A DNA stretch of 63,887 nucleotides. It comes from Paraspadella gotoi (Eukaryota; Animalia; Chaetognatha). Shown piece after piece: positions 53,500 to 63,887 of the stretch. The first letter of the stretch is position 1. The number at the start of each line of letters is the position of its first letter. Under the pieces are notes generated by a model. It was given only the letters and a program-made list of their open reading frames with translations. It did no database searches and was not told the origin of the DNA. The translations under genes and the position numbers were made by a program. The stretch covers positions 24,904,801-24,968,687 of the forward strand of contig CM119263.1 of the NCBI GenBank assembly GCA_051294375.1. Reading direction: 5' to 3'.

Positions 53500-53676
53500 T
53501 CAACTTCTCTTTAACTCCTCCTCCTCCTCCTCAGCTTTCAAATCCTCCGTCAACTCGCGGATGACCTTCCACGCGAAATCCACGTCTTTTTCTTTGGTCT
53601 TTTCCGCGCAGACGGCGAATCTCAGAATCAGGAGTCCCTTTACGTCCGACGAGACCAAGTGGATGCGGCCGTCGCG
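53500..53676 (-). CDS. Ddc: Aromatic-L-amino-acid (DOPA) decarboxylase-like, last exon
   Basis: ttttcag|RDGRIHLVSSDVKGLLILRFAVCAEKTKEKDVDFAWKVIRE..., the C-terminal signature of group II PLP decarboxylases (G.IHLV...LRFA.C...D...AW..I). The short tail fits DDC better than HDC/TDC, which have long C-terminal extensions. Confidence 0.85.
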   Translation of the reverse strand, partial: RDGRIHLVSSDVKGLLILRFAVCAEKTKEKDVDFAWKVIRELTEDLKAEEEEEELKRS

Positions 53677-53880
53677 CTGAAAAAAAAAAAACAAACAAAA
53701 CAACTCAATCTGAGAAGCATATCGATAAAATGAATTAAGCGTGATGTCAAATATTCAACGAATCATTAAATAATAATTAATCAATAAATCGATCATTTAA
53801 TCCATAAATCAATGGATCATGTAGTCAATCATTAACTCAAACATTAAATAGTACCATAATCCATTAATTCCAAAATTCAC

Positions 53881-54030
53881 CTGAATCGCTTCTAACAGAT
53901 TTTTCGTCTTGAGGTTTTGGTCGTCGTCTTTGAACCGAAAGCAGACGAGCGCCATCTCCACATCGTTGGTGATTTCGAAGTCGGTAGACGCCGCCACCGC
54001 CGCTTCGAACCGCTTGGCCAAACCTATTTG
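53881..54030 (-). CDS. Ddc: Aromatic-L-amino-acid decarboxylase-like, penultimate exon; upstream exons missing
   Basis: cctcag|QIGLAKRFEAAVAASTDFEITNDVEMALVCFRFK...LLEAIQ|GTGAAT; matches I.LA..FE.....D.FE....V.MGLVCFR.K. Confidence 0.85.
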
Positions 54031-54060
54031 CTGAGGGGAGAGGAAGTAATTCGGCGGACA

Positions 54061-63887
<9,827 letters not shown>

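Overview
Repeat-rich, gappy draft assembly of an invertebrate animal genome, not a prokaryotic window. Four spliced protein-coding genes can be supported, all on the minus strand. From right to left they are: (1) the last two exons of an aromatic-L-amino-acid (DOPA) decarboxylase-like gene (54030-53500); (2) a roughly 21-exon degenerin/ENaC-family channel (53194-46913) that is largely invisible in the ORF track, with a GC-AG intron and non-canonical pore motifs (HG->CG, GxS->AFC, Thr at the deg position); (3) the first coding exon of a WDR54 homologue (46062-45748), whose later exons I could not find; and (4) a complete 4-exon cation-type nicotinic acetylcholine receptor alpha subunit (17185-12657), whose first exon stays open for a further ~1,050 codons upstream, to an ATG at 20338. 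Three RFX X-box-like motifs lie upstream of the nAChR. The rest is microsatellites, minisatellites, a noisy ~2-2.7 kb duplicated block, 25-N gaps and a ~9.8 kb poly-pyrimidine tail that is most likely a sequencing or assembly artefact. Exon models were built by hand from splice signals, reading phase and remembered family motifs. No database search was run.
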